Assembly: GCA_964019335.1 (NCBI GenBank)
Contig: OZ025648.1
Location: 806,001-870,000, forward strand
DNA from: Diplonema japonicum
Taxonomy: Eukaryota; Protista; Euglenozoa: Diplonemea
Direction: 5' to 3'
DNA length: 64,000 nucleotides
Part shown: positions 59,766 to 64,000 of the stretch, piece by piece
Layout: every line of letters begins with the position of its first letter
Position numbering within the stretch: the stretch's first letter is position 1
Notes under the pieces: model-generated
Told to the model about the DNA's origin: nothing
Databases searched by the model: none
What the model saw: only the letters and a program-made list of their open reading frames with translations
Position numbers and translations under genes: made by a program

Positions 59766-62534
59766 ATGTCGAAGGTGGTCGGCAAGCGGAGCGAGGCCGT
59801 GGAGCTCAAAGAAGAGCTGCAAAGCAACAGCAAAGAGCAACAAAGAAATGCCGTGAGGAAAGTGATCGCAAGCATGACAGTGGGCAGGGACATGAGCAAC
59901 ATGTTCAGCGATGTGGTCCGTCTGATCAACACACCTCACGCTGACATCAAGAAGCTGGTTTACTTATACGTCGTGGCCAACGCAAAAATGCAACAAGACA
60001 AGGCTTTCTTGCTGGCAGGCAGTTTCTCCAAAGACGCAGTAATGCACGAGTCCCCCATGATGCGTGGGCTAGCCGTCCGTACCATGTCGGCTATTCAAGT
60101 CGAGAAAATGGCGGATCACATTGCACAACCTCTGCGAAGTGCCTTAAGAGAGTCTGACCCTTATGTCCGCAGATGTGCGGCGACTGCCGTGGCAAAAATG
60201 TTTGCGATCAACAAGACGAGAATGGAAGAGGGAGGGTTCATCCAGCACCTGCAAGAACTCCTGACCGACTCCAACCCCACCGTCATCGCCGCCACCGTCT
60301 GCGCGTTGAACGAAATAAGCAGCACGACAGAGGTCGACCGTGAAGCCCTTGACCTCAACAACCGCAACGGAGGCATGGCTGTCAACGACCTTCTCTCCGC
60401 ATTATCAGACAGCAATGGCTGCAACGAATGGGGTCAGATATACATCTTAGAAGGCCTTGCATCGTACGAAGCGGAGACGCAAGAACGTGCGGAGCTCATC
60501 TGCTCCCGTGTGCTTCCGAAGTTACAACATGCCAATGCTGCGGTTGTCCTCACCACTGTACGGATTATTATCAACTTTATCGAGAAATGGTGTAAGTCGG
60601 GTGCTACGAATGATGACACGGTGAAGCTGTACTGCCACAAGATCGCCCCGCCTCTGGTATCGTTGGTGTCCGGTGGGACCGACTTCGAGATCCGTTACGT
60701 GGCGCTTCGCAACATCTCGCTTATATTGCAGAGGTTCCCGGACCTCTTAACCCCGCAGGTCAAGGTTTTCTTCGTGAAGTACAACGACCCGATTTACGTG
60801 AAGATGGAGAAGCTTGAAATCATGCTGCAGCTGGTGAACCACAACAACGTGAGGGGCATCCTGTCTGAGTTCAACGAGTACGCGCAGGAGGTCGACGTGG
60901 AGTTCGTGAGGAAAGCTGTGAGGGCGATCGGCGTTACAGCGATAAAGATTGAATCCGCTGCAGAAGAGTGCGCGTCGGTCCTGTCGCAACTAATCAAAAC
61001 AAAGGTGAACTACGTGGTGCAGGAGTCCATCATTGTCGTTCGAGATGTGTTCAGGAAATACCCCGGGCGGTATGAAGGTCTTATCGCGTTGCTATGCGAG
61101 TCCCTTGACACCCTCGACGAGCCTGAAGCAAAGGCAGCAATGGTGTGGATCATCGGGGAGTACGCTGAGAAAATAGAAAACGCGGACGAGCTGCTCGACG
61201 ATTTCCTCGAATCCTTCGAAGACGAGAACACCGAGGTCCAGCTCTCCATCCTCACCGGCATCGTGAAGCTCTTCCTCAAGAGACCGGACGACACGCAGGA
61301 ACTCCTCCAAAAGGTCCTCCAACTGGCCTCCTCCAGCGAAGTCCCGGACCTCAGAGACCGTGGGTACATGTACTGGAGGCTTCTCTCAGTCGACCCACAG
61401 GCAGGGACAGCCGTCGTCGTTGGAACCAAAGAGGTTATCAATGAAGAGAGAGGTTCCAAGATGGACGCCAAACTCGTTTCACAACTCATCAACCACGTGG
61501 GGACCTTGTCCTCTGTTTACCATAAACCCCCCGCGACATTTATCCAGGTAAACTGAAATTTTTTAGATAAAAAAAAAAAAAAAAAAAAAAAAAAAACTTG
61601 CAGAACTACATTGAAAAACGTACTGACGACGATGGGTACGAGTCGGAGGACGACGAGGTGGAGAGGCACCCTGTGGACTCCTCGCTCCCCCAGTTCGCCA
61701 CCCCTGACTACGCGCAAGACGCCACCCACGTCGATCCTAACCAAGGTATGCTTCTGTCTTCCCTCCAAATTTTTCGATCGACAGGTGCGGGAGGCAAACC
61801 AGTTTACAAGAAAGGATCTGACCTCTCCCGTCAGGTATGTAATTTTTTTTGGGGGGGGTATATAATATAAAAAAAAAGATATGGTGTAAAAGAGAGGCGA
61901 CCAAGGGTGTGGAGGTCATGGGGAGATTCCTTGTGCAAAACGGGGAGATTTTCATGGACGTGTGCCTTCTGAACACGACGCAGGAGGTTGTCAGTGGGTT
62001 CCTCATGCAGCTTGACACGAACTCGTATGGATGAAAACAAAAAAAAAAACAAACAAAAAAAAAAAGGTACGGTGTTGCAATGGCGGGCAGTATCACCCAC
62101 CCGCAGTTGGCCCCCAGTGAGTCATTTGCGACCCTGATCCCGTTGACGGTGAACCCGGCGAGTGCGGATAAAAAGGGGGAGCAGCATCTTAAGGTGGCGT
62201 TGAAGACGTCAGCAGGTGTTGGTTTCGGTCAGGCGATATGCCCATTGGATTTCATATGCCTGCCCGGAAGCGGTCTGAGCAAGGAAGACTTTCTCTCTGT
62301 GTGGAAGGGGATCCAAGACGAGAAGCAGTTCGCACTCAACACCAACGTGCAGGCGACCGTCGACTCCGCCCTGCGCGGTGCGGGGTACAACTTCATAACC
62401 TGCCGATCGGACCCTTCCACTGATGGCCTCAACGCTATGCAAGATCACTACTACTACAGTGTCTGCACGCTGACGGGGCATCAAATTGTTTTCGAAGTTG
62501 CTTTCAGCTCGCTCTCGCACGCTTGCATGGTATG

Positions 62535-62572
<38 letters not shown>

Positions 62573-62646
62573 TTTCGATCCGTTCGCAAGCATCCAACTA
62601 CTCCGAGCTTGTTCAACAGCACATCCTTGGGCTGCAGATTGTGTGA
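59766..62646 (+). CDS. AP-1/AP-2 complex beta-adaptin; introns 61548-61603, 61746-61784 (probable), 61835-61878, 62025-62066, 62530-62571
   Basis: VRKVIASMTVGRD, KKLVYLY, DPYVRRCAA, YNDPIYVKMEKL, WIIGEYAEKIENADELL, DLRDRGYMYWRLL, LSSVYHKPP; the spliced appendage domain is open to GLQIV*. Confidence 0.93.
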
Positions 62647-63138
62647 ATTTGAAAAGAAAAAAAGGGGGGGGGGAAAGGGAGAGGGTATATATATAAAAAA
62701 GGATTCGTGGGAAGGGTTTTTTTTTTTTTTTTTTCCCCTTTCTCTTTTCTTTTTTTTTAAAAGTAATCTGGTATGAAATAGATCCCCCCCCCCCCCCATT
62801 TGGTGGGACCCTGTCTTTTTTTTTTCTTTCTTTCTTTTTTTTTAAAAAAAAAACTCTACACGCAATTTCTTTTTAAAGAAAAGGATTTCTGAGGGGAAAA
62901 AAAAAAAGCAACACAAATCCTTTGTTCGGGATGGGGAGGGGTAGCCGCCATTAGGCGTTGTTATAAAAAGAAATTACTCTATCGATGTGTTTTTTTCTTC
63001 TTCTTTTCCTTCTTCTTTTTTTTTTCCAGTGTCTTTGTGCCCATAACCCCCCATTTTTTTTTTTTTTTCCCCCAGCTTGCTATTTATTGGATTTTTGTTT
63101 TGGGGAATAACAACGCACACAAATCTAGAGAGACTCCA

Positions 63139-63180
<42 letters not shown>

Positions 63181-63545
63181 ATGTTGCCCCGAATGGACAC
63201 GCTTTTTGTCCTTTCCCTGTGGGTTATTGGGGTTGTGAGTAACACAGGTGTTATGCTGGAGTCGGAGGGCGCGAAATTTCTGTCTAATAACAACACCCCT
63301 ATTACAAACAGCACCCCTTTTGCAACCCCTTCTGAAGATGGCGGGGATGACAGTGGGATGTCGATGGGTGTAAAGGTATGCCCCCCCCCCCACCCCACCC
63401 CCACGATCTCGTCACACAGGTGGTGATATTCCTGATAACGTATTTCCTCGCAATCGGCATGGGCATAGGAGGGGTCAAGGGCTACCGCCACGCACAGGGC
63501 GATAGCGAAACTGGCATGAAGAAATGGTTTTCCTTCGCGAAATAG
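63181..63545 (+). CDS. Small single-pass membrane protein (106 aa); exons 63181-63375 and 63420-63545
   Basis: Signal peptide and S/T-rich ectodomain; after the C-rich intron 63376-63419 comes a TM segment VVIFLITYFLAIGMGIGGV followed by KGYR. Confidence 0.7.
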
Positions 63546-63722
63546 ATACATCTTTTTTTTTTTTTTTTTTTTTTTTTAAGGGTGGTCCTCGAGTGGGATT
63601 TGCCCTTAAACATCGCCTTTTTTTTATCCTTCCTTTCTTTCCTCCTTTTTTTTTTTCTTTCCTTTCCTCTTTCCCCTCCCCCCTCCCCTAATTCCCATAC
63701 ACACTCCAGGACAAAAAAAAAA

Positions 63723-64000
63723 ATGTCCCGTCTTGCTCGCAAACTGGAAGCGTTAAAGTGCCCCTACACCTGGTCTGATGAAAACATCACTATTGGTAAG
63801 ATACGAGAGATGGTAATTTGGCTTGAAGACACGAAAATCAGGTGGCTCCCTGTCGAGGAAAGAGCGGGGCTGAGGACGGACGACGAGCGAGAATGGCTGC
63901 AAGCGTTCCTGAGATACTGCCAAGAGATTGGCTACACGAAGTCTTTCGGGATAGGGCTGGGTCTGGACTACGCCTCGGAACCGTCGTTTAGACAGTGTTT
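63723..64000 (+). CDS. RTRAF: RTRAF/C14orf166 (CGI-99, tRNA ligase complex) homologue, 3'-truncated by the window edge; not in the ORF track
   Basis: My translation: MSRLARKLEALKCPY...MVIWLEDTKIRWLPVEERAGLR...WLQAFLRYCQEIG. Confidence 0.8.
   Translation, partial: MSRLARKLEALKCPYTWSDENITIGKIREMVIWLEDTKIRWLPVEERAGLRTDDEREWLQAFLRYCQEIGYTKSFGIGLGLDYASEPSFRQC

Overview
Eukaryotic (protist) genomic DNA, most consistent with a euglenozoan that has cis-introns, probably a diplonemid. The basis is the alpha-tubulin sequence ([10 protein letters not shown]; C-terminal tail ...[12 protein letters not shown]), all ~19 host genes lying on the + strand like a directional gene cluster, and intergenic DNA dominated by A/T and G/C homopolymers. 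I reconstructed 21 very short (35-70 nt) GT-AG introns. Most are A-rich with no polypyrimidine tract (one is GTATG-A36-G), and in complete genes all lie in the 3' half of the CDS. Splicing them rebuilds a ~1578-aa fusion of a degenerate beta-PGM-like HAD, a GH65 trehalose-6-P-phosphorylase-like domain and a trehalose-6-P phosphatase: a candidate one-polypeptide, TPS-independent trehalose route. Splicing also rebuilds a ~1057-aa Zn-finger protein with tandem Schlafen/AlbA_2-like domains. Other genes: a GH27 lacking its catalytic aspartates, PLAC8, Bfr1-like, alpha-tubulin, two tandem kinase-Ubl-ankyrin paralogues with shuffled repeats, a GtaA-family protein, a phospholipase C-type phosphoesterase, RBM42, MTG1, an AP-1/2 beta-adaptin and RTRAF. 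Mobile DNA includes a piggyBac remnant, a pogo remnant, two LINE-like 3' remnants, two copies of a ~440-bp foldback element each abutting a TAGGG-ended MITE, and several gene-fragment duplications. All family assignments come from motif recognition by eye; no database search was run.
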